Below are positions 37,870-49,819 of a stretch of 64,000 bases of DNA, in pieces. This DNA is from Chiloscyllium plagiosum. Taxonomy: Eukaryota. Location: positions 76,200,210 through 76,264,209 of the forward strand of contig NC_057718.1 in the NCBI RefSeq assembly GCF_004010195.1. Direction: 5' to 3'. Below the pieces are notes generated by a model. That model saw only the letters and a list, made by a program, of their open reading frames with translations, did not search any database and was not told the origin of the DNA. Position 1 is the stretch's first letter; the number at the start of each line of letters is the position of its first letter. The translations under genes were made by a program, and so were the position numbers.

Positions 37870-40500
37870 TAGCTGCCCATCTGCAGCTATCCAGCACACC
37901 AGCTCTCCCTGCTCACCTGTCCACCCCACAATGCATCCTACCCCTCCATCTCTCCTCCCTCCTCTCTACTTCTTCCCCCTTACACCCCTCCCCATAACCA
38001 ATCCCTCATCCCCCATCTCTCACTCTTTTCCCTCACACAACTACACCATCCATCAAAGCACATCCAACCTCCACCACAATGCCCTTGCCATCTTCCCATT
38101 TTTAGCCTCCTCAAGACTCACCCAAAACCCACCCAAGCCTTGCCCACATATTCACTATCTTTCCCAACCTCAAACTCTGAGGCAGGAACAGTCTGTCCTC
38201 AGGAAAGGGCTCATGTTCATGCCCCTCCACCCCCACCTTAGCAAGTTCCATGCTCTTCACGGTGCAGAGCTCTTCTTTCGCCACCTCTGTTTCCATGCCT
38301 TCTTCTTTGACAAAGACACTCAACCACCCTCGGAGGACCCCTTCTCCCGACTCCAACCTTCTTCCACTTGGATACGTCCTCTTGGACTCTTACCTACCTT
38401 GTAACTCTTTACTGCCAACGCAACGTCAGCTGTCTTTATTTCTCCATCTCCCCCTCACCTAATCCAACCTCACCCCCTCCGAATGTGCAGCGCTCCATTC
38501 CTCCCACACCAACCCCATTTCACCATCAAACCTGCTGACAAAGGCAGCGCGGTAGTCTGGAGGATGGATCTCTTTGCCATAGAGGCAAAATGCCAGCTCT
38601 TTGATTCCATGTCTTACTGCCCCCTTGACCACAATCCGACCATAGCCCATCAGGCCACTATCACCCACACTGGCCACGATCTCATTGCCTCCGGTGATCT
38701 TCCCTCCACCACCTCCAACCTCAGTCCCCCAGCCCGCACTGCCGAGTTCTACCTGCTGCCCAAGATCCACAAGCTCCGGCCAACCCATAGTCTCCGCATG
38801 TTCCTGCCCAACCGATCTCATATTTTCCTACGCTGACTCCATTCCCAAACTACATCCAGGACACCAACCACATCCTCCACCTCTTTGGAAACAGCCAATT
38901 CCCTGGCTCCTAGCATTTCATCTTCGCTATGGATGTGCAGTCCTTATACATGCCCATTTCCCACAATGACAGCCTGTAGGGCTTCAGTTTCTTCCTCACC
39001 AACAGACCCATCCAGTCCCCCTCCACCAATACCTTCGGACACCCTGCAGAATTAATCCTCATCCTCAATAATTCTTCCTTCAACTCTTCCCCTTTCTTCC
39101 AAATCCAAAGGGTGGCCATGGGCACTTGCACTGACCCTAGTACACCTGCTTTTTGTTGTTTCTGTGGAAGTGGGTACTGCAGATGCTGGGAGAGTCAAGA
39201 TTAGAGCAGTGCTGGAAAGGCACAGCAGGCAGCACGAGGCAGCATCCAAGGAGCAGGAAAATCAATGTTTCAGGCAAAAGACCGTCATCATTTTTTGTTG
39301 GCTATGTCAAACAGTCCCTCTTCGGCACATACACAGGTACTGTTCCTGAACTCTTCTGCCATTACGTTGATGACTGTATCAGTGCTGCATCTTGTGCCCA
39401 GGCTGAACTGGAGCAGTTCATCGACTTTGCCAACAATTTCCACCCCACTCTTAAATTCACTTGGTCTATCTCAGACACCTGCCTCTTCTTCATTGACCTC
39501 TCAGGTGATAATTTATGGACTGACATTTATTACAAACCCACAGACTCCCATGATTACACCTCCACCCGCCCCATATCCCGCAACATCTTCCTGTTTTCCC
39601 AATTCCTCCGTCTTATCTGCTCTGACAAGCAGACGTTCCACTCCCAAGCATCCCAGATGTCCATCTATTTTAAACAACATGCTCCCCCACCCCCAACCAC
39701 CATCGTCCAGACCACCTCCATTCCCCGGTCCACTGCTGTAAACCCCATCTCCCTCGAAACGCAATAAAGACAGGGTCCTCTCCTTGTTCTCACCTACCAC
39801 CCACCAGGCCACACATCCAAAGCAACATCCTCAAATCTTTCCGCCAACTGCAACTAGACCCCATCACCAAGAATATATTCCTTTCTCCACCCCTCTCTGC
39901 CTTCCACAAGGACCATCCCCTTTGCCACTACTTGGTTCACGCCACCCTCCCCATCAACCCCCCTGAAAATTCCCCTAAAGCCGTAAAAGATGTAAAACCT
40001 GGTAGCACACCACCTCCCTCACCTCCATTCAAGGCCCCAAACAGTTCTTCCAGATGAGAGAAAGGTTTACCTGCCACTCAACCTAGTTTACTGTATCTGG
40101 TACTCCCAGTGTGGTCTTCTCTACATCGGTAAGAACAAACATAAAGCATGTTTCACTGAGCATCTCAGCCAGGCCTGATAGGGCAAGCCTGACCTCCCAG
40201 TCACCGCCCATTTCAATTCCCTTTCCCATTCTCTCTCTGAAATGTCCATCCTCAGTTTCCTCCATAGTCACAGTGAATCAGACTGTAAATTTGAGGAACA
40301 ACACTTTCTGCCTGGGCAGCATACAGCCCAGAAGATTCAACATTGAGTTCTCCAATTTCAAATAACCATCCACACCCATCCCTCAACTTCCTTTCCTGCC
40401 CTGCCTCCTCCCTTCCATCCCTCTGACCAACCCCTCCTTCCAGCTACCAACTGGATTCATTGCTCCTACTGACCAACCAAATTGTACCTAGCACCTGCAT
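37870..40500 (+). mobile_element. Near-full-length decayed Penelope-like retroelement (RT plus GIY-YIG endonuclease) with a nested short PLE insert at about 39159-39291
   Basis: Ordered motifs SVLRKGL, KPADKGSAVV, FYLLPKIHK, PIVSAC, MDVQSLY, VAMGT, YVDD, YYKPTDSH and VYCI..SQCGLLYIG. The nested insert is flanked by tttttgttg (39150-39158 and 39292-39300). Confidence 0.9.
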
Positions 40501-41305
40501 TTACTTAACAGAATTTAGAAGAATGTGAGGCAATCTTATTGAGACATACAAGATACGAGGTAATTTGTCAAGGAGCATACTGAAAGGCTGTTCAGCCGTG
40601 TTGAAGAAACTATAACTATGAAACACAGTTTAAAAATAATGAGTGTTCCACTTAATCTTTGAAACTCCAGCCCAGAGAATGATGGAGATGGGATCACTGA
40701 ATATTTTTAAATCACAGGTAGATAGAGCCTTAACCAATAAGTCAGTCAGGATTAACATGGAGTTCAGGCCACAAATCAAATCAAATCAACCATGGTCCTA
40801 CTGAATGGCAGAGAAAGCTAGAGGGTCTAAATTGCTGATTTGTACTCCATGTTCAAACGTATGTAGGAGTTAGGTCTCACTTAATTTGAATATTTCAACC
40901 AGACTTGCAACACAATTTCCATCTTCTTGAACCACTTCCTATACCAATCAAGAAGCTTGTTTTTATAATAAAACAATTCATGGCTGCAAATCATTTCACA
41001 CAGCGCATTCCATTTAGTATTCTATGTAATTAATGTTGCCACCATAATTATTTGACACTGAGACACAACTGCTAAAGACATCTGAATAATCAGCACAGAT
41101 AAACATGTGTCAAGTTAAAAGGATTAATAATACCAACTTCCACTACTTTCTCTCCCAGAATATCATGGACCTTACTGAAAATGTCAGGTGTATCAAAGGA
41201 CCTTCCCTCCTCAGACATAACTGTGTGGTCTCATAACTTGTTTTTTGCATTTATAGTTTTAGCACCAATCTCGCTATACATGGAAAGAACATTGCCAATG
41301 CCCAC

Positions 41306-41460
41306 CTCTGTACGTGTCGGATTTTGCGCAGCAGAAGCTTCAACAGCTGTTGATCCTGTCAATGCTGCCGTTAAGCCTTCTTTCAGTCGCTTTGTCGAAA
41401 CATGTCTTTTAATATTTGGTACAGAATACATCTGTTCTTCTAATTCTGGAGAGCCTACAT
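41306..41460 (-). CDS. SENP6: SENP6 coding exon (155 nt, phase 1 to 0): DVGSPELEEQMYSVPNIKRHVSTKRLKEGLTAALTGSTAVEASAAQNPTRTE
   Basis: Acceptor cattttgtttgatag and donor GAG|gtgggc. PNIKRHVSTKR resembles PEIKRKVQQKR, and the phases link both neighbours. An in-frame alternative AG lies 6 nt downstream. Confidence 0.8.
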
Positions 41461-41769
41461 CTATCAAACAAAATGCAAAGATTGAGCTCTGTAAAGAGTT
41501 TCGAGAACTCAAAATGCTTCATCAATACAAAGAGACAATTAAATTTGAAGGGCGCTTACAAAAGTAAATTAGTGAACATCTATTGTAAATGCCATAGCAT
41601 ACTTGCTTAAACCTGGTGCGTGTCAGTCAGTCCAGGATTAACTATATTTTTCTTTCCACAAGTACTGCCTGATGTGTATTTCTAGCTTTTTCTGTTTTTA
41701 TTTCAGCTCTATGGACAGCATTTTAAGAATATATGACTGATCAGGTATCTCAAACATACAGGAAGTGTA

Positions 41770-42460
41770 GCTGAACAAAGAGACTATGGACTGCAGGTTC
41801 ATAGCTCCTTGAAAGTGGAGGCAAATGAAGGCTGCATTTAGTATGCTTTCCTTTATTGGTCAGAGTATTGAGGACAGGAGTTGGGAGGTCATGTTGCAGC
41901 TGTACAGGACATTGGTTAGGGCACGGTTGGAATATTGCGTGCAATTCTGGTCTCCTTCTTATCGGAAAGTTGTTGTGAAACTTGAAAGGGTTCAGAAAAG
42001 ATTTACAAGGATGTTGCCAGGGTTGGAGGATTTGAGCTATAGGGAGAGGCTGAACAGGTTGGGGCTGTTTTCTTTGGAGCGTCAGAGGCTGAGGGGTGAC
42101 CTTATAGAGGTTTACAAAATTATGAGGGGAACGGATAGAGTAAATAGACAAGGTCCTCTCCCTGGGGTGCGGGAGTCCAGAACTAGCAGGGATAGGTTTA
42201 TGGCGAGAGGGGAAAGATCTAAAAGAGACCCGAGGGGCAACTTTTCCACACAGAGCGTGGTACATGTATGGAATGTGCTGCCAGAGGAAGTGGTGCAACA
42301 TTAGAAGGCATTTGGATGGGTATATGAATAGGAAGGCTTTGGCGGGATATGGGCCGGGTGCTGGCAGGTGTGACTAGAATGGATTGGGTTACCTGGTCGG
42401 CATGGACGGGTTGGACCGAAGCATCTGTTTCTGTGCTGTACATCTCTATGACTCTATAAC
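41770..42460 (+). mobile_element. CR1/HER1 LINE 3' fragment, same young subfamily as 31194-32410
   Basis: ORF 41825..42304 (LYRTLVRARLEYCVQFWSP...RGDLIEVYKIM) and a ctctatgactctat tail. Confidence 0.93.
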
Positions 42461-42548
42461 TGATCTCTAACCTCCACAGATGATTAAAAGCAAAACTTGA
42501 GATTTTAACACAAAAAAGTTATGAATCAGCTTTAAACTACAGACTCAC

Positions 42549-42619
42549 CTTTCCTATCAGACTCCATTAAAATAATACTGTCCACTGGAATCCTTTGAAC
42601 ATCAGCTGGATATTCTTTT
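42549..42619 (-). CDS. SENP6: SENP6 coding exon (71 nt, phase 2 to 1): KEYPADVQRIPVDSIILMESDRK
   Basis: Acceptor tactttcag and donor AAG|gtgagt. Matches KEYPPHVQKVEINP. Confidence 0.9.
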
Positions 42620-42899
42620 CTGAAAGTACATAAATGATTTTAACAGAAATTGGTCTTTCTGCCAAATGGATTTTGCAATCCACTGCATAACCTAAACAGC
42701 CACATAACATCTAATTAAGCACTCTTTTCAACAAACCAAAAAGATGTACTCCTGCATCCAGCAGCCACAGTATTAAAGCCAGTTACAACTTAGTGTTTAT
42801 TCATATTCAGTTTGAAAAGTTATTGCTAATACAAAACAGGTACTGTTTTAAGATTGTCAAACCCACCCATCACTTTTGTCAACCTGAAAGTTTCTTGCA

Positions 42900-43420
42900 A
42901 TTCCATTGAGCTCATTTCACCATTCAACACAATCACGGCTGATCCTCTATCTTAATACCATATGCCTGCATTTTTCTTTACTTTGACATCTTTAGCCTCT
43001 TAAAAGTCTATACTCCTTTCTTTAAACATATTCCGTGACTTGGTCTCCACAGCTTTCTGTGGTACAGATTTCCACAGGTTCACCACCTTCAGAGAAGAAG
43101 GTTTTTCTCATTAGTACAAAACGACCTATCCCATATCCCAAGACTGCATCCATTCTGTCTAGCCATGTCAGAAAATTATATGTTTCAATAAGATCCCTTT
43201 ACACTCTTCTAAAATCCAGTGAATAAAGACACAATTGACCCAATTTCCCCTTAGGAATGAGTCTGGTGAATTGTCACTGCACTACGTCTATGACAAGCAA
43301 TGAGGCCAAACTTTCATGTAATGCCTGGCTTTAATAAGAGTTGCTTGCTCTTCTTCTCAAACTCTCTTACAATGAAGGCTAATATATTATATACATTCCT
43401 AAGTGTTTGCTGCACATGCA
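42900..43420 (-). mobile_element. Old CR1-type 3' fragment
   Basis: Motif ctccacagctttctgtggtacagatttccacaggttcaccacc. Confidence 0.65.
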
Positions 43421-44054
43421 AGTAATTATGCATAAAACAATTTTAAATAACATTACAAGATGTAAGCCTAAGCACATGCAATTAAGTTCTGAAGAAAACA
43501 ACACAACTAAGGTTTGACATGAAGCCTCACATGACACGAGTTGCTTTTGAAAGAAGCATGAAAGAATGGGAACTATTATTCAGCAGCAACAGTCCTGGCA
43601 GAGTGTATTAACTATATTAAGCAAAGCACATTCGCATTGACAATTATCCACTTAAAAGCTTGTACTTGTGCAAAACAAGGAAGATAAAATACTTGAAGTA
43701 ATTTTTCAACAATGGATTCCAGTTTAATTTTTATTGAGTTAATCAATGCTATATTTTCATAATACAAGTCTAGATAAAGGGTCTTCTGGCACAGGGGCAG
43801 TGACCCTATCTTTGGGTCATAAAGGTCTGCATTCAAATACAACCTGAAGACATATTTTTCAGAAATCTGTTCAGATATTTACATGTGACAATAAGGGGTT
43901 TCGTGGCACAGTATAGCATCCTTATTCCTTGGTGAGAAGGTCCAGGTTCAAGTCATACCTGTCCTGGGAGGTAGTCATAACATGTCCAAACAGATTGATT
44001 AAAATAATTATGGTGAAGTTATTGCTACCTAGTACAAGGTGACTTCTCTTCTGT

Positions 44055-44595
44055 TTATAGGGCAATGTTGGAGCTGTATAAAACTGTGGTTAGGCCACAC
44101 AGTGTGCAGCACTATAGGATGAGATTACACTGGAGGGCGCGCAGAAAAGGTTCACCAGGATATTGCCTGGGTTGGAGCCTCTTAGCTATGAAAAGATAGG
44201 TGTGGGTCATTTTCTTTAAATCAGAAAAGGCTGAGGTGAAACATGATTGAGGTGTATAAGATTGAGGAGCATGGACAGGATGGATTTAAAGCAGCTGTCC
44301 CCTTTAGCTGAAGGGTCAAAAACAAGAGGGCATAATGTTGAGATGAAAGGCAGGAAGCTTAGAGGGGATTTAAGAAAAAATTACTTTCACCCAAACGGGA
44401 ATGGGAATCTGGAATGTACTAGTTGTGAGGGTAGAAAAGGTAGGGGACTGCCTTTAAAAAGTACTTTGATGAGCCCTCGAAATGCCACAAGATTCAAGGC
44501 TATGAGTGAAATGCTCGAAAATGAGATTTAGTGCAGTTAGATTGGCACAGACTTGATGGGTTTAAGGGCCTCCTCGGTGAGGTATGACCCTGTGA
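44055..44595 (+). mobile_element. CR1-type 3' fragment
   Basis: ORF 44247..44531 (KTRGHN...LRKNYF) and the 3' UTR. Confidence 0.75.
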
Positions 44596-45496
44596 GAAGA
44601 CATTAGAAAAAGCTATTGAGAATTGTCACAAATCTTAGTGCACAAACAAATTTGCAGCTCATTGGGCATTCTGTATCAATCTTCTGGGTACCAAATGCTT
44701 TTTCAGGATTTTACAACTATTCTTTCACAACAGTGTAATTAACCACAAGTTACTTTCTCTAGATTGCAAATGAAATAAATCTGAAGTAGATATTAGACTA
44801 AGTAGTATGGTGTGGAGATGTTGACTAATAGTCAGCTTTCTACAGCAGCAGACAGCTTAATGGTGGACTAATGATCACTTCTTGAAACATTGCAATGGAT
44901 CTTCCGAATCAAGCTTATTCTGCACTACTCCAATCTGAAACTGCTTATATCTCTTCACTGATTATGAAGAATTGTTTCAATTTATGACACTTCGATTCAA
45001 TCATAGAACAAAACTACAAGAAAATTATCTACAGCTTTGGAACAGATATGAATCTTGTTTGCACAAAACTTGTTAGTGAACAGCAGAACAACAAAATTAA
45101 ACCGAAGGAACTTCAATTGTATGTTCACATTGAGCACAGCATGCAAGATCAAAATTTAAAGGGATTGGATCAGTGAACAGTATGATCAGAATTAAAGTAC
45201 ACGTGCATTACTTTTGCAATGTTTGTTATGCAATACTAATTGTCAAAAAAAATGACTCGATTGCCAAGATCACACAGAACACCTGTGGTGAGGAATGGAA
45301 AAATACCATTTTGGAAGAAAAATGGTAAGATGAGATGAGCTGAGCTGAACCAGCACACTTGCATGCCTTGACTGTACTCATTTTAAATGAAGTCCCAAGC
45401 AAATGACAAGCGCACAATGCATTTACACTAATTAAGTGATTTAAGAGTGTGCAACTCCAAACCCAGCTGTTATGTGAAAACATTAATGACACTTAC

Positions 45497-45520
45497 CCCT
45501 CATCAGATAAGCCAAGATTG
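45497..45520 (-). CDS. SENP6: SENP6 24-nt frame-preserving microexon (phase 2 to 2): (S)NLGLSDE(G)
   Basis: Acceptor ctcattttcttaaaag and consensus donor GGG|gtaagt. It falls between TAAQ and KEYP, where mammalian SENP6 has a 7-residue S(S/N)LDRKER segment. Confidence 0.75.
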
Positions 45521-45910
45521 CTTTTAAGAAAATGAGAAAAAGTAATAATCTCACATTAATGTTACAGGTTGACACAGAGCAAAATATTAGTATATTACAT
45601 GTTTTATTTTTTAGTTTCTTTAGAAGTCAACGATAAAACACTATTTCCAGTTATACAGACTCCTTAAAAGCCTGATTATTTTAAAAATAAACTTTAAAAT
45701 GTCCAACAATAGCACTAATTAAACTAAGTGCTTAATCAGGAGATGCTTTGTAAATTCTAAATTTTACTTGATGTATCATATTTCCAGTTTAATCTCTTTA
45801 AATTGCAGTATAAAATTTAAAAACAAAAAAGCTTTCAGTAAAATGCTTCTGCCACTTTCAATTTACACTGCCTATCCCACTTTGGGTGTTGAGGCATTTG
45901 GAGTCCAAAG

Positions 45911-46003
45911 AGGTAAAAACAATGACTGCAGATGCTGGAAACCAGATTCTGAATTAGTGATGCTGGAAGAGCACAGCAGTTCAGGCAGCATCCAAGGAGC
46001 AGC
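45911..46003 (-). mobile_element. Short PLE-derived insert truncated downstream of the hammerhead (22576-type subfamily)
   Basis: An 8-bp TSD gtccaaag lies at 45903-45910 and 46004-46011. Confidence 0.78.
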
Positions 46004-49000
46004 GTCCAAAGTCAAGACCTTTATCATAGAGATTTAGACCAAATGTTGCTCCATCATTTAAATGCCATAAAGTGTTAATCACAAATTGAAAATACTGGAT
46101 AGCTGAGCAATTTTAAAGCGCTGCTACTCAGATATTACATCGTGATGACTTTTCTGGAGGCTACGATTTAATTAGGGCAGAATGAATTTCAGTGGTTTGA
46201 AAACTGGTACTATAATCCAATCATGTGCAGATATGCATTGATAAGGCAAGTTCAAATATGTAAAGAACCACACAATTTCCAACCTGTACTGAAACCAATT
46301 TTTCTGCCTGAGATAGCTAACCAAAACCTTGACTGACTCTGTGCATGTGGTGACTGAAGTACTGGCGTGATTTATTTGGAAATGCTGTTCAAATGTGTAC
46401 TTCCTCTCACCAAGTCACCACAAAAATCTTTTCCCCACCTCCCAAATTTACTGTAAAATATTCATGAGCAAGCAATCAGTAGTAGTTATAGTATGAGTAA
46501 CTAAAAAATTGAAAACAATTCATTTTCCAAAAAAAGAGTTTCATTCATATGACACCAAATTATTCAGCATATTCTGATCAAAATAATTTAATACAAAGTG
46601 AACAGATTAGTTAACAGCTGAAAATAACCAATATGAATAATATTAAAGAGAAACATCAGTTACAGTCCCTAACTGATTGATACATTAGGATTTATATTGC
46701 TTACCACTACTTTTTACTACATAATTACATGAATTATGATGAAATCTTTCAAGCGTACACATTTGGTCATTTGCTTAAATCTCAAAAATTTGATGAATGC
46801 ATGGACATCACAAAAGCAAATCCCCCCACATTGAAGATTATTTAATTTCTTCAAATTTCAGCATTTGAATTTGATCGATATTCCATAAAAAATGCTACAA
46901 ATGATCACTGAAAGAAACTTGATACATTAGGTGAACTTACCAGGGATCAGATAGTCAAAAATTAATTTAACTTATTGCATGTAACTGATTTATGTTAGAC
47001 AGTTTTTCTGTGTTTCTAGCAAGTCCCGTGCTCCCCAAAACATAAACAGTCCCTCTGCTGGTAATTTTAATTAGGCTATAGATATTATATTAATTCTCTC
47101 AAAAGCTAATAACAGCACTTAAAAATTAGGATTATGCTCAATGAAATGCTGGTAGGCTTAAGCTAGTGGAAATTTTAAAAAATATATAACTCATGACTCA
47201 AAAGACTTTTGGAACTTGTGACTGCTTCCTATGCGACTCCTTTCTCATGCTTACATCCACATTCAACCCCAATCACTGCCAACTACTAGATTTTAAATAG
47301 GTGAATGCATAAAAGGAATCTTGATGAGTTTATACTTTTTTTCAAAAGATATTACTATTGTTTGATGGAGTTTTGCCAACATATCACATCCAAAGGACTT
47401 GCTTTAACGGAGGTCAAAGGAGACAGTTTTGTTATTGGAAATTAATGTTTATTTTAACCACAAAAGGTATTAGCTTTAAACAGAAACATTGGTTACAAAT
47501 CAGTTAATAAAACATTAACATCTTAGGCTTCCAAAATAGAGGCACAAGTGTAGAAAGTTATGCTGACGTCGTAAAAAAAACTTCAGTTTGGCTACAGTTG
47601 GAAAAATATGTTCAACTTCAGATGGCATAACTTCGGAAGATTTTAAAGACTTTGAAGAAAAGGTGAGAGATTTACAGCTGTACACCTGCAACTTGCCTAT
47701 GTAGATAGATTGAAACAGTGGGGCTTTTCAAAAGCAGAAGTGATTAAGAGGAAACCTGATAGAGATATCTAAAATCATGAAGGATTTAAGTGGAGTAAAT
47801 AAACAGAAATTTTTTTTGGCAGTCAGGAATGTACAGATTTAAAGTGGCTGGCAAAATAACCACAATGGAATCAGCAAAACCATTTTTAGAGATAAGTGGT
47901 TAACTGGAGGAGAAGAGGATAGTCACGTAGGCGTAAAAAAAATTAAATCATATAGATAAAAGGTATAGTTGAAAGTAGGACCACAAGTACTAAATGAACG
48001 AAAATTCCATAACGAAAAGAGTTTCATTGGGTAATGTCCATTGTTATCTTTGACTTTTATTATGATTGGAACCTGACACAATATAGTGCCTGGCTTAAAC
48101 AAGGTTGCTTCAAAAACTGCTATCAGAAATTAGATGCCCATTTGATGCCATCAAAAACTACAAAATGAATAGCAATTTAGCTTAACAGTCTGAACAAATC
48201 ATACAAAGGCTCTGTGACATTGTTTATTTCACTCAATAAAACTCCATTATGTGCCCATGATTAAAGGATGCAAATGCAGTAAGTGATAAAAATCCAAGTA
48301 CATATTTCCAACATTCTTACATGATCGAAAACCGGAAGAAGAAAATCATTAAGCACCCAATAGCTTTATTTTCTTGAAACAAAATGTTAAGATCTCAGAT
48401 AACACTTCTTCCTGTGATCAGGGCTATAAATAAAGCAGCAAACCTATAAGGAAGGTGAACTGATGAAGCAATCAGCAGCTGAGTGACAATTAATATTTGT
48501 CACAAATCTCCAAAATGTGAATTAGCACCATTAAAACAATAAGTACCAAGAATTGTTCTCAAATGGTAGCTGTACCATATCAAAAGATTGCTGGTTGAAA
48601 TCCTACTGTGAAGATTTAAATACAAAAAAATGGGGAGCTGGTTATGCAGTGATAATGTCACTAGGATAGTAATCCAGAGGCCCAGGGAACATCCTGAGGA
48701 TATTGAGTCAAATTTCACTTAGGCAGCAGGGCACGCAGCAGGTGCTGAGGGAACAAATCTATTTTGACTGCACAACCTCAGGTCTAAATGTTGCAGATGC
48801 ATCTGTCCATGACAAGATAGGTGTAGTGGCCACAGCACACTTTTTGTGAAAGAGAAGCCCCTTCTTCACACTGAATGTATCTTTCATTGGGTAGGATGGT
48901 ACTAAAACTATATCAAATGGGATAGTTTCAGAACAGAGCTTGCAACAGTGGAATTATATTTAACGACTACCTGTAAGCTCACAACCTGGCATATCCCTCA

Positions 49001-49020
49001 CTATACCATTGCATTCAAGT

Positions 49021-49140
49021 CCTGAAGAAGGGTTACACCCAAAATGTTAATTTCTCCATCTCCTGATGCTGCCTGACTTGCCTTGTTCTTCCAACCTCCT
49101 ACTTGTCTCCCTTGGATTCCAGCATCTGCAGTTTTTTTGT
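49021..49140 (+). mobile_element. Diverged PLE-derived short insert starting at a degenerate hammerhead
   Basis: cctgaagaagggttacacccaaaatgtt...gatgctgcctgac...ccagcatctgcag. Confidence 0.65.
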
Positions 49141-49819
49141 TTTGTTTTTTTTGGTCAAGGGATCAATGCAGTGCAATAAAGTATACAGGACAGCACAACA
49201 AGAGCAGCACCAGGAATGAAAGTGTCAACCTGGTAAAGCTACAACTCAGGACCATTTGGATACCATACAGTAGAACAACATGCAATAAGCACAGCTAAAC
49301 GATCCCACAACCAGTGGATCAGATAAAGCTCTGATTTCTGCTACTTCCAGCTGTGAACGGTAGTGAGTGATTAAACAACAATCAATAGGAGCAAACTCCA
49401 CTAATATATGTCTATCTACAATGATAGGGGAGTCTAGCACAACAATATAAAAGACAGGGCTGAAATATTTGCAGCCAGAAGTGCTAATTGGATGTTCTGA
49501 CCCAGCCTCCTCCCAAGAACCCCAGGATCACAGATGCCAGTCTTCTACCAATGCTATTCATCACATGATATCAACAAACTGCTGACAACAGTATGGCAGT
49601 ATGGTAGCATGACAGAATCCATGCTCCAAAGTGAAATGAATCCCGAACTAAGCTGTTGCGTATTGTTACAACAATTGAAAATACCTATTTGGAAAAATTG
49701 CCCAAACATGTCCTATCCACAAATGCACGACAAATCAAACTAGTGCTAAACCAGTTATTCATTAAGCAAAATAACAAAGTGCCATTGACAGTGTCACCAA
49801 ATTATACATAACAATTACA

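Noticed and set aside
37733..38404. 223-aa proline-rich ORF as a novel gene
   Set aside because: It is assembled from a PLE insert, C-rich low-complexity sequence and the start of the Penelope ORF.
41134..41305. Longer version of the 155-nt exon ending at a donor near 41133
   Set aside because: There is an in-frame stop at about 41231; the 41305 donor gives the correct phase.
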